From positions 1 through 18,244 of the forward strand of contig JBIIGV010000059.1 in the NCBI GenBank assembly GCA_044236265.1: a stretch of DNA of 18,244 nucleotides, given 5' to 3'. The stretch comes from Oligoflexales bacterium (lineage in GTDB: Bacteria > Bdellovibrionota_B > Oligoflexia > Oligoflexales > RGVZ01). This document shows, in pieces, positions 1 to 7,482 of this stretch. The first letter of the stretch is position 1. Every line of letters begins with the position of its first letter. The notes beneath the pieces were generated by a model. The model saw only the letters and a program-made list of their open reading frames with translations. It made no database searches and was not told where the DNA came from. The position numbers were made by a program, and so were the translations under genes.

Positions 1-2967
1 ATCTGCAAATAACTTTTTGGCTTCAGCACCAAACTTCTCACTCTCAAAAATTTTAGGGTAGACGCCCTGAATCCCCCAGGTCCAGAAAAACGGGGACCAG
101 TCTATGTAAGGAACAATTTTTTCGACAGGTAGGTCTGAGAACTCAAAGACCCCTTTGTTAGAGGGTTCGTCGATCCGAGACTTCTCCCAGTCCACTTTTA
201 AACGCTGTTTTTTGGCCTCCTCGTAAGCCAAGAAGCTTGCCTTGGACTGAGACTCATTCCAGCGAGTGCGCAGAACATCCTGAGATTCGCGATGCTCCTT
301 CAAATAGGAAGCCTTTTGCGTTTGACTGAGAAGGGACGAGCATACATTGACGACTAGCGACGCATCACTTACTTGAATAACGGGTCCTCTGTATGCAGGA
401 GCAATCTTAATGGCTGTATGAGCCTTGCTTGTCGTTGCGCCGCCAATCAGCAGCGGAATGTCTAGGCCGAGCCGCTCCATCTCGCTAGCCACATGAATCA
501 TCTCGTCCAGCGAAGGAGTAATCAAACCCGACAGCCCAATCATATCTGCGCCGATCTCTTTGGCTTTAGCCAGAATATCTTCGCAGCGGACCATCACTCC
601 GAGATCGTGGACTTCATAATTGTTACAGGCGAGTACGACACCGACAATATTTTTTCCAATGTCATGGACATCGCCTTTGACCGTAGCGATCAAAAATTTA
701 CCTTGAGACCTTGCCGATGAGGTTTTGGATTTTGCTGCCTCCATGTGAGGCTCCAGCCATGCTACAGCTTTTTTCATGACCCGCGCAGATTTGACGACCT
801 GTGGTAAAAACATCTTACCGGCGCCAAATAGCTCACCAACCACCTTCATCCCATCCATCAAGGGACCTTCGATTACATCAAGCGGGCGTTTGAGGTCACT
901 TAGCGCCTCCTCCGTGTCACGCTCAATAAAATCGGTGATTCCGTTCACCAATGAGTGCACCATGCGCTCGCGATAAGGAGCCTTACGCCACTCGTTAGAG
1001 TCCTTTTTTGCAGACTTAGACTCGCCTTTGAACTTTTCACCATATGCCACAAGTCGATCCGTAGCATCGGGACGTCGATTTAACAGTACGTCTTCGACAT
1101 AGGTCAAAAGTTCCTTATCGATTTCCTCGTAAACCTCGAGCATGCCTGCATTGACAATGCCCATGTCCAATCCCGCGTCAATGGCGTGATAAAGAAATGC
1201 CGCATGCATGGCTTCACGAACTCGGTTGTTGCCTCGAAAGGAAAAACTCACATTCGAAATACCACCCGATGTTCGAACACCAGGGCAACGTCGTTTAATT
1301 TCGCGAACCGCTTCAATGAAGTCGACGGCATAATTATTGTGTTCATCAATACCCGTTCCAACAGTCAGAACGTTTGGATCGAATATGATATCGCCAGGAT
1401 TCATGCCGAGCTGTTTTGTTAATAGGTTATATGCACGTTCGCATATCCGAATTTTATCGTCCTTGCTTGCTGCCTGACCCTGTTCATCAAACGCCATGAC
1501 AACTACGGCGGCGCCGTAGCGCATACACTTGGAAGCTTGCTCAAGAAATAAGTTTTCGCCTTCTTTGAGCGAAATAGAGTTCACAATCGGTTTGCCTTGG
1601 ATGCAACGAAGCCCAGCTTCAAGGACGGACCATTTCGAACTATCTATCATGATGGGGACGCGGGAAATGTCAGGCTCGGCTGCAATTAAATTTAAAAATT
1701 TCTGCATGCAAGCTTCGCCGTCCAACAGTCCTTCGTCAAAGTTCACATCAATGACGTTGGCCCCGTTTTCCACCTGCTGGCGCGCCACCGATAGCGCAGC
1801 TTCAAAGTTACCTTCTTTGATCAAAGAGGCAAATTTAGGTGATCCTGTAACATTTGTACGCTCACCCACCATTACAAAAGAAGACTTAGCTTCCGTAATG
1901 TTGAACGGTTCCAGTCCACTTAACCGAGTGCCCTGCACTTGCTCTTTTATTTTACGAGGCTTAATAGTGCTTACAGCCTCTGCAACTGCGCGAATATGAT
2001 CAGGCGTTGTACCGCAACATCCACCAGCTATGTTGAAAAAACCAAGACTAGCATATTCATGCATTATCTTTGCCATATCAGCTGGCTTCTCATCGTACCC
2101 GGTTGGGCTTAAGGGATTCGGCAAACCGGCGTTGGGATAACAGCTCACATAACAGTCGGCCAGTCCGGAAAGCTCCTGTAAATAAGGACGCATCTCTTCG
2201 GCCCCGAGCGCACAGTTGATGCCGATGCTCAATGGCTTTGCGTGACGCACAGAATTCCAGAAGGCCTCTGTAGTCTGACCGGAAAGTGTACGCCCAGACG
2301 CGTCCGTGATGGTGACCGAAAGCATCACCGGCCATCGCATGCCTCTATGGTTGAAGCACTGCTCCATGGCGTATATTGCAGCTTTGAGATTCAGGGTATC
2401 GAATACGGTTTCTGCCAGCAGCAAATCGACGCCACCTTCAATCAAAGCGTCTATTTGTTCATAGTAAGCATCAACCAGCTCTTGAAACGAAATTGCTCTA
2501 AACGCCGGATTATTTACATCCGGGGAGAGAGACGCCGTTTTGTTTGTCGGACCAATGGCACCCGCCACAAAACAGCGCCGACCAGCCGTCTCCGACTCGG
2601 CTTGCCTACAGGCGTCTTTTGCAACCTTGACGGCGGCGATATTCAACTCACGGACAATGGACTGCAAGTGATAATCAGCCTGTGCGATCGATGTCCCGTT
2701 GAAAGTATTCGTTTCAACAATGTCAGCACCGTTACGTAAGTATTCAAGGTGCACTTCCCGCACGATATCGGGGCGTGTTAACACCAAAAGATCGTTGTTA
2801 CCTTTGAGGTCGTGGGAATGATCTTTAAACCGACCACCCCGAAAATCCGCTTCGGATAGCTTGTAGCGTTGGATCATGGTGCCCATCCCACCGTCAAGCA
2901 TCAGGATGCGTGAGTCCAAAAGCTCCCGCAGTTGGTTCATAGTGTGGTGGAAGGGCAATTGCTGCAT
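1..2967 (-). CDS. metH: B12-dependent methionine synthase (3' end runs off the window)
   Basis: Manual minus-strand translation: start [33 protein letters not shown] (ATG 2967, GAGG upstream; ATG 2940 is an alternative), GGCCGTTP zinc motif (~2002-2025), cobalamin-binding [14 protein letters not shown] (~640-681), and EAKKLFAD at position 1 in the same frame. No stop at the edge, which explains its absence from the ORF track. Confidence 0.98.
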   Translation of the reverse strand, partial: MQQLPFHHTMNQLRELLDSRILMLDGGMGTMIQRYKLSEADFRGGRFKDHSHDLKGNNDLLVLTRPDIVREVHLEYLRNGADIVETNTFNGTSIAQADYHLQSIVRELNIAAVKVAKDACRQAESETAGRRCFVAGAIGPTNKTASLSPDVNNPAFRAISFQELVDAYYEQIDALIEGGVDLLLAETVFDTLNLKAAIYAMEQCFNHRGMRWPVMLSVTITDASGRTLSGQTTEAFWNSVRHAKPLSIGINCALGAEEMRPYLQELSGLADCYVSCYPNAGLPNPLSPTGYDEKPADMAKIMHEYASLGFFNIAGGCCGTTPDHIRAVAEAVSTIKPRKIKEQVQGTRLSGLEPFNITEAKSSFVMVGERTNVTGSPKFASLIKEGNFEAALSVARQQVENGANVIDVNFDEGLLDGEACMQKFLNLIAAEPDISRVPIMIDSSKWSVLEAGLRCIQGKPIVNSISLKEGENLFLEQASKCMRYGAAVVVMAFDEQGQAASKDDKIRICERAYNLLTKQLGMNPGDIIFDPNVLTVGTGIDEHNNYAVDFIEAVREIKRRCPGVRTSGGISNVSFSFRGNNRVREAMHAAFLYHAIDAGLDMGIVNAGMLEVYEEIDKELLTYVEDVLLNRRPDATDRLVAYGEKFKGESKSAKKDSNEWRKAPYRERMVHSLVNGITDFIERDTEEALSDLKRPLDVIEGPLMDGMKVVGELFGAGKMFLPQVVKSARVMKKAVAWLEPHMEAAKSKTSSARSQGKFLIATVKGDVHDIGKNIVGVVLACNNYEVHDLGVMVRCEDILAKAKEIGADMIGLSGLITPSLDEMIHVASEMERLGLDIPLLIGGATTSKAHTAIKIAPAYRGPVIQVSDASLVVNVCSSLLSQTQKASYLKEHRESQDVLRTRWNESQSKASFLAYEEAKKQRLKVDWEKSRIDEPSNKGVFEFSDLPVEKIVPYIDWSPFFWTWGIQGVYPKIFESEKFGAEAKKLFAD

Positions 2968-3027
2968 CAAGCGGCCTCGTCTAAGCATCGGAACTCATTC
3001 GTCGTTTCAAACCAATTAAGAACCTCG

Positions 3028-3056
3028 ACCATAACAAATGTAGAACGTGATGAAAA
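3028..3056 (-). promoter_or_regulatory. Candidate sigma70 promoter for metH
   Basis: Minus strand reads TTTTCA-N17-TATGGT with an extended -10 TG, about 60 nt upstream of the metH start. Confidence 0.4.
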
Positions 3057-3109
3057 AGGAATAAAAGCCTAGATAAACCATTACTTGCGCCTGTCTAAAA
3101 AACCCAAAC

Positions 3110-3126
3110 TGTCAATTATATGAACA
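3110..3126. promoter_or_regulatory. Candidate enhancer (bEBP) site TGTCA-N7-GAACA
   Basis: TGTCAATTATATGAACA, an imperfect dyad 44 bp upstream of a sigma54-like site; resembles the perfect dyad at 4025-4043. Confidence 0.35.
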
Positions 3127-3169
3127 CCCCTTTCTAAGCCATCCCTATGAATTTACTGGGAAAGACGTT

Positions 3170-3185
3170 TGGCTAAAAAATTGCT
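3170..3185 (+). promoter_or_regulatory. Candidate sigma54 (-24/-12) promoter
   Basis: TGGCTAAAAAATTGCT = TGGC-N7-TTGCW with canonical spacing, 37 nt before the ATG at 3223. Confidence 0.6.
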
Positions 3186-3222
3186 ACCATTATAAAGGAC
3201 CTACAAATTTTCGGAGGTTTGC

Positions 3223-3954
3223 ATGATTCGCTCGGCGATTTTGGTATCCCTCGTAACGGTTTTGGCCGGTTGCGAGCGTTCAGCTCGAACTGTGGAAATC
3301 CAGCCATCGAATCAAGGGGTCAAGCCCGAGACAACCAACGGCGGCGACACATTAACAAAAACTGGACGCCTCGCGATCGAAATGACTGGTTTTGCTGCCA
3401 GCGCATCCTCAGGGGAAGTTCGGATTTTAATCAATGATGATTTGGAAACCCAAGTCGTCAATATATCTGGTGGTTCGGGCACGGCGCTTGTTAGCGGCGT
3501 ATTACCTGGAAATAGCGTCATCAAAGTCAGAGTTACTGCAGCTGGAGCGACCTATTCTGGGTCTACCAGCGCGACGCTTGTTTCTGGTGAATTAGTTCGG
3601 GCAAGAATTCAATTGGTATCTGGCGGAGTCGACACAGGTGTTCCGAATAATAGCGGCACCAATAACAGCGGCACAAACAATGGTGGACTCCCAAATAATG
3701 GCGGCACCAACAATGGCGGACTCCCAAATAATGGCGGCACCAACAATGGCGGACTCCCAAATAACGGTGGCACAAACAATGGTGGACTCCCAAATAACGG
3801 CGGCACCAACAACAGTGGTAACAGCGATCTAGACATAAGCATCGACATTGGCGGCAATAGCGGTGGTGGCGGTGGCACAAGCAATCAGCAAAACATCTGG
3901 GATGGAAAATCCTTTAAAGGAAACAGCATGTTTAATATTGAACCGGTAAAATAA
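3223..3954 (+). CDS. Hypothetical lipoprotein: beta-sandwich-like domain, Gly/Asn repeat linker, aromatic C-terminal tail
   Basis: GGAGG RBS; signal peptide with LAGC lipobox (Cys17); beta-rich segment (GRLAIEM...PGNSVIKVRV...RARIQL); (GGLPNNGGTNN)x4; followed by a terminator. Confidence 0.85.
   Translation: MIRSAILVSLVTVLAGCERSARTVEIQPSNQGVKPETTNGGDTLTKTGRLAIEMTGFAASASSGEVRILINDDLETQVVNISGGSGTALVSGVLPGNSVIKVRVTAAGATYSGSTSATLVSGELVRARIQLVSGGVDTGVPNNSGTNNSGTNNGGLPNNGGTNNGGLPNNGGTNNGGLPNNGGTNNGGLPNNGGTNNSGNSDLDISIDIGGNSGGGGGTSNQQNIWDGKSFKGNSMFNIEPVK
3646..3813 (+). repeat. In-frame tandem repeats: 2 x 15 bp (NNSGT), then 4 x 33 bp (GGLPNNGGTNN)
   Basis: 33-bp units at 3682, 3715, 3748 and 3781 (GGYGGACTCCCAAATAAYGGYGGCACMAACAAY) differ only at synonymous positions; 15-bp units at 3646 and 3661. 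Confidence 0.95.
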
Positions 3955-3981
3955 TCCGCGACCCCAAAGAAAAAAACTGCG

Positions 3982-4009
3982 AAAGGCCCCCATTCGGGGG
4001 CCTTTTTTT
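3982..4009 (+). terminator. Intrinsic terminator
   Basis: AAAGGCCCCC-ATTC-GGGGGCCTTT stem-loop running into a T tract, 27 nt after the stop at 3954. Confidence 0.9.
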
Positions 4010-4024
4010 ATTTCGATCTGACAG

Positions 4025-4043
4025 GTGTCAAAAAGTCTGACAC
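4025..4043. promoter_or_regulatory. Perfect dyad GTGTCA-N7-TGACAC, candidate enhancer-binding-protein site
   Basis: 6-bp inverted repeat with a 7-bp spacer, about 55 bp upstream of a sigma54-like promoter; an overlapping TGACA half-site lies at 4019-4023. Confidence 0.55.
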
Positions 4044-4097
4044 ACAAAGTCACTAACCTGCAGTGCCAACTCCCTGCAATTACGTTCCTAGCTCATG

Positions 4098-4113
4098 TGG
4101 CACCTACTTTGCA
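4098..4113 (+). promoter_or_regulatory. Candidate sigma54 (-24/-12) promoter
   Basis: TGGCACCTACTTTGCA matches TGGCAC-N5-TTGCA, 79 nt upstream of the ATG at 4193. Confidence 0.75.
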
Positions 4114-4192
4114 GTCACCGAGTTACCGGATTGGATTGATCCGTTGAAATGCCGTTGTTGTGGTTCTCAAATTTGTGGAATGGAGTTGAAAA

Positions 4193-4684
4193 ATGGGACA
4201 AACGATCTTTACAACCAAGAAAATGAAACTCGAGTCTAAGTCTTGGGTTCACAAAACCATCATTGGCACAATTGTATTGGCGATTCTCGGTGCTGGAACG
4301 TTTGGCGCTTACATGCTCGTCGGCGGCTCAGGAGCTGATACCCAAAGTCAGACACGAAGCAAACACCACGCATCGTCAAGAAAGATAGCGTCTACTCAAT
4401 CAATGCTTCCAGCCTATGCCAAGCAGAATGACCCATTCGCATCGGTCGGTGGAAGCCAAGGTTCCGCGTCAGCACAGAAATCAAAGAAAGTCGGTTTAGC
4501 TAAGTCAAAAGCGACTAAAGGTAAAAAAATTGCAAAAAACAAAGCGGCTAAAAAGCACAATAAAAAACTTGCCAAGCACAGCAAGAAACAAAAGCAGAAA
4601 TTTGCTGCCGCGAAGAAACACAAAAAACAAATGAAAACGACCCACAAGAAACACAAGTCTGGTCACAAAGTTGCTCAACGCTAA
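4193..4684 (+). CDS. Hypothetical single-pass membrane protein with a highly basic Lys/His-rich tail
   Basis: GGAG RBS; hydrophobic segment TIIGTIVLAILGAGTFGAYMLVGG; the last 68 aa have 28 Lys, 6 His and no Asp/Glu; flanked by its own promoter and terminator. Confidence 0.8.
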   Translation: MGQTIFTTKKMKLESKSWVHKTIIGTIVLAILGAGTFGAYMLVGGSGADTQSQTRSKHHASSRKIASTQSMLPAYAKQNDPFASVGGSQGSASAQKSKKVGLAKSKATKGKKIAKNKAAKKHNKKLAKHSKKQKQKFAAAKKHKKQMKTTHKKHKSGHKVAQR

Positions 4685-4754
4685 AATGGGCACGGGCGAC
4701 TCTATCACTGATACAGATCGGCCAAATCACCAAGACGAGCTCCAATAGGCCCTC

Positions 4755-4785
4755 AGTCCCCAGCTAAAACTGGGGACTTTTTCTT
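4755..4785 (+). terminator. Intrinsic terminator
   Basis: AGTCCCCAG-CTAAAA-CTGGGGACT stem followed by TTTTCTT. Confidence 0.85.
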
Positions 4786-4867
4786 GGCAAACATAAAAAA
4801 ATGCTAAAACAAACGCAGTCATTTCAGCGCATTAAGCGCTTAGGCTGTACTTTTTTTTAAAAAATGC

Positions 4868-4894
4868 AAAAGTCTTGGCATTTACTGCCGAAGT
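4868..4894 (+). promoter_or_regulatory. Candidate sigma28 (FliA) promoter
   Basis: AAAAGTCT-N11-GCCGAAGT versus consensus TAAAGTTT-N11-GCCGATAA; preceded by a T8/A6 tract; 28 nt before the ATG at 4923. Confidence 0.5.
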
Positions 4895-4922
4895 CTCAAT
4901 GGGATGACGGGAGACCAATGCC

Positions 4923-5825
4923 ATGAAACTGAACTTAATAATCTTGATAAAAATTGCAGTAGGACTGCAAGTGGCTGCTATAACAGCACAACACTCCTAC
5001 GCCCAGGATGCAGATTCAATGGTCGAGAATCCCTCCATGACGTCCGTAGGTTCGCCGGCAAATGCCAAGACCGAAGAGGAGGACGACTCCATTATTCGAA
5101 AACCCAAGGAAGCTGACCCTCCTCCACCAAAAGAATTCAGCAAGGCAGAAACACTTAAAGTTTGCGCAAAATACAAGGACAAGATCATTTCGGTTTATGG
5201 CGAGATGTTTAAATTACAAAACTGTACCAGACATCACATAACCGACCCTGATCAGGTTTTTCAAATGACAAGACAGGGAGCCTCAGTCGTAGAAGTTGAT
5301 GCGACAGACGTTGCAGCATTACCAGTTGGTCAAACCTGGGAGTCGTTAAAAGCCAAGGATCGACCGTGTTCCGCTTTCAATAAAAAATACGTCACATTCT
5401 CTTACACTGATATCTACTTCGTTGAAAACTGTGTAAGGCGGCTGATCCCTGATTACGAAACATTACTGGCACACCGCCAAGAGCGCGGCCAGAAAAATGG
5501 AGAAGTTCTAGCTTTGACGTCAAAAGAATTTTGGTCTATTCGTCAGGGACGGGACATATCGTCGATCATCGATAAAGACTTTGCGAAATTGATGGATGGT
5601 TCGGCAGGCGTGGATATTATCCCGGTTGACGAAGCTTGCAAAGGCGTCGAAGGAAAAATTGTCACTTTCTACTCACGAATGTACAAAATCGAAAAATGCA
5701 GAAAACGGGAAATCGACGCTGAATCTTTCACGATGGCGCGAAAACTCGGGGATATGAAGTTGATCGAACTAAAACCCGAGCAATGGATTTCGATGCCGGA
5801 TGGTAAGCCGTTCACATTCAAATAA
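4923..5825 (+). CDS. Hypothetical secreted protein with three tandem 2-Cys repeat domains
   Basis: Signal peptide ending ...HSYA/QD; acidic/Pro linker; three repeats starting at Cys81, Cys149 and Cys239 with pattern C-x19/20-C-x-[RK]-[HR]. Confidence 0.85.
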   Translation: MKLNLIILIKIAVGLQVAAITAQHSYAQDADSMVENPSMTSVGSPANAKTEEEDDSIIRKPKEADPPPPKEFSKAETLKVCAKYKDKIISVYGEMFKLQNCTRHHITDPDQVFQMTRQGASVVEVDATDVAALPVGQTWESLKAKDRPCSAFNKKYVTFSYTDIYFVENCVRRLIPDYETLLAHRQERGQKNGEVLALTSKEFWSIRQGRDISSIIDKDFAKLMDGSAGVDIIPVDEACKGVEGKIVTFYSRMYKIEKCRKREIDAESFTMARKLGDMKLIELKPEQWISMPDGKPFTFK

Positions 5826-5829
5826 TCCT

Positions 5830-6561
5830 ATGAGAAGGCGCCTTCGACTTTACCTTGCGGTCTTCTCGATTTGTCTCACATGGCCGGCTCCACCAGCCCA
5901 GAGCGCATCACGAAAACCAAAAAAAACAGAGTCATCTGATAAAAGTCTAGAAAAGCAAAACCCTCGTATTCAAAAGAATAACCGTTCAAAGTCATCTCTT
6001 AAAGCAGGTGCCGCTGCGGGAATACATAACCTGTATATTCCTGGAGTCGGTCTCGAAGGTCTCATTGAATTAAACGGCATAATGATGGCAGGTGAGTACA
6101 GTTTTTTCCAATCACCGGGAGATAAATTTTCGGCTAAAACAGCATTTTTTGGACTTGGGTTACGATGGCAACCAAACCGCGAACAACCTCTATTTTTTGG
6201 GCTTACTGTTGGATCCCGCAAAATTGAGGTTTCAACAGTTGCAAACATGAACTTCACAGACAGCGAATCCGGTGGTACGGCTGAAACACCGGTTACCTGG
6301 ACAAGAAGCGTCTCGCAGACTGTTATTTACCCTAAATGCGGCTGGATCTGGCATCGTTCAAACTCTGCAACAATTCTGGGATTGGGGCTCGTAGTTCCAC
6401 TGGCGACAAAAGCCAGCATTAAAGGAAGCCCCTCATCTGTTAGCGGAATTTCTGACGACGCCTACGCCAGTGTGGGGGAAGAAAAGCTCAGAGATGTGAC
6501 GTCGAAAACAAATTTAATCCTTCCCGCATTTGAATTCAAATATGTTCTGCTTTTTAACTAA
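5830..6561 (+). CDS. Putative outer-membrane beta-barrel protein
   Basis: ATG 5830 (4 nt after the upstream stop) gives signal peptide MRRRLRLYLAVFSICLTWPAPPAQSA; alternating amphipathic strands with aromatic residues (FFGLGLRWQP, LFFGLTVG, IYPKCGWIW); ends FEFKYVLLFN, resembling a beta-signal. Confidence 0.7.
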   Translation: MRRRLRLYLAVFSICLTWPAPPAQSASRKPKKTESSDKSLEKQNPRIQKNNRSKSSLKAGAAAGIHNLYIPGVGLEGLIELNGIMMAGEYSFFQSPGDKFSAKTAFFGLGLRWQPNREQPLFFGLTVGSRKIEVSTVANMNFTDSESGGTAETPVTWTRSVSQTVIYPKCGWIWHRSNSATILGLGLVVPLATKASIKGSPSSVSGISDDAYASVGEEKLRDVTSKTNLILPAFEFKYVLLFN

Positions 6562-6706
6562 CGCAAAGGCTTGAGGGAAAATCGTCAGAGACGGCTCGCC
6601 CAGAAAAAGCAGGCAATTTCTGCCCGGTGACCGAGGACCTCAGGACCCTTAAAATTTAAAGAGTGGGAACAACGTATTTTTCTATTTACTGAAGGGGCCC
6701 TCAGAA

Positions 6707-7480
6707 ATGTCACAACTTGTTGGACTTTCGGGTATTGCTTTTGCAATCTGGTATGCTTTAAGCCACCCAGCAGTTAAATTTCATGGATTTTGGGATCCTG
6801 CCGCTGTCGTTCTCCTTGGAATAGCCCCCCCGGCAGTGATGCTACTTTCACATACGGTAAGTGATTTGATCGTTGGCATAAAACTACTGATCAGTTCTAT
6901 TTTCAGCCGTCACGAGCAACACCAAATCGAGGTGATTAATGCCCTGACGCGAGCATCTCAGATTGTCAGAAACGAAGGTCTTGGAGCACTGGTACCACTG
7001 CGCGATCGCATGCAATACGACATGCTGCGCGACGGCTTTTCTTTGATCATTAACGACTTTCGCACCGAGGAAATTCGTCACAATCTCATGGCCCGGATCA
7101 ATGCCAAGCAGTCGAAGATGGCGCTGGCAGCCAGTCTGTTCGAAAATATGTCCAAACTCTGTCCAGGGATGGGAATGATTGGAACACTGATGGGCTTGAT
7201 TGGCATGTTGTCGAACATGAACGACCCTTCAAAGCTCGGCGGGGGCATGGCACTCGCATTGATTACGACCCTTTATGGTCTCATGCTGGGAACTATTATC
7301 TATGGTCCGTGGGGCGAAAAAATACATATTGAGGCAGAAAAGTATCTTGAAATTGACATGATGGTCCTCGAGGGCATGGTTAATATTAAGAGTAAGAAGT
7401 CTAGCGTCCACATGAAAGACATCATGAAAACCTATGCTTCGAAGCAAGCGGGCGGACAACCAATTAAAGGAGCGTCGTAG
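6707..7480 (+). CDS. motA: MotA/PomA-family stator A subunit (MotA/TolQ/ExbB channel family)
   Basis: Four hydrophobic segments; PGMGMIGTLMGLIGML...DP...GMALALITTLYG is typical of MotA/PomA; cytoplasmic RNEGLGAL motif. Confidence 0.9.
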   Translation: MSQLVGLSGIAFAIWYALSHPAVKFHGFWDPAAVVLLGIAPPAVMLLSHTVSDLIVGIKLLISSIFSRHEQHQIEVINALTRASQIVRNEGLGALVPLRDRMQYDMLRDGFSLIINDFRTEEIRHNLMARINAKQSKMALAASLFENMSKLCPGMGMIGTLMGLIGMLSNMNDPSKLGGGMALALITTLYGLMLGTIIYGPWGEKIHIEAEKYLEIDMMVLEGMVNIKSKKSSVHMKDIMKTYASKQAGGQPIKGAS

Positions 7481-7482
7481 GA

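Noticed and set aside
493..2739. Several ORFs listed in the track over this region
   Set aside because: They are antisense or alternate-frame shadows of metH, which occupies 1-2967 on the minus strand.
2968..3222. SAM or cobalamin riboswitch upstream of metH
   Set aside because: No recognisable SAM-I or B12-box motifs, and the candidate promoter leaves only a ~55-nt leader.
3682..3813. CRISPR array (33-bp repeats)
   Set aside because: The units are contiguous without spacers, in frame and vary only synonymously; no cas genes are present.
4826..4858. TAAGCGCTTA palindrome / AGCGC-ATTAA-GCGCT hairpin before a T8 tract
   Set aside because: The stem is short and not adjacent to the T tract, and no cognate regulator is nearby; cannot be supported as a terminator or operator.
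5800..5829. Upstream start for the beta-barrel gene
   Set aside because: It overlaps the preceding CDS by 26 nt; ATG 5830 gives a cleaner signal peptide.
6571..6630. 19-codon TTG-start leader ORF (MRENRQRRLAQKKQAISAR)
   Set aside because: No properly spaced RBS and no other support; an ORF this short is expected by chance.
6561..6650. c-di-GMP-I (GEMM) riboswitch or sigma28 promoter before motA, prompted by ACGCAAAG and ACCGAGGA
   Set aside because: The GEMM P1/P2 stems could not be built, and the -35 spacing for sigma28 does not fit.
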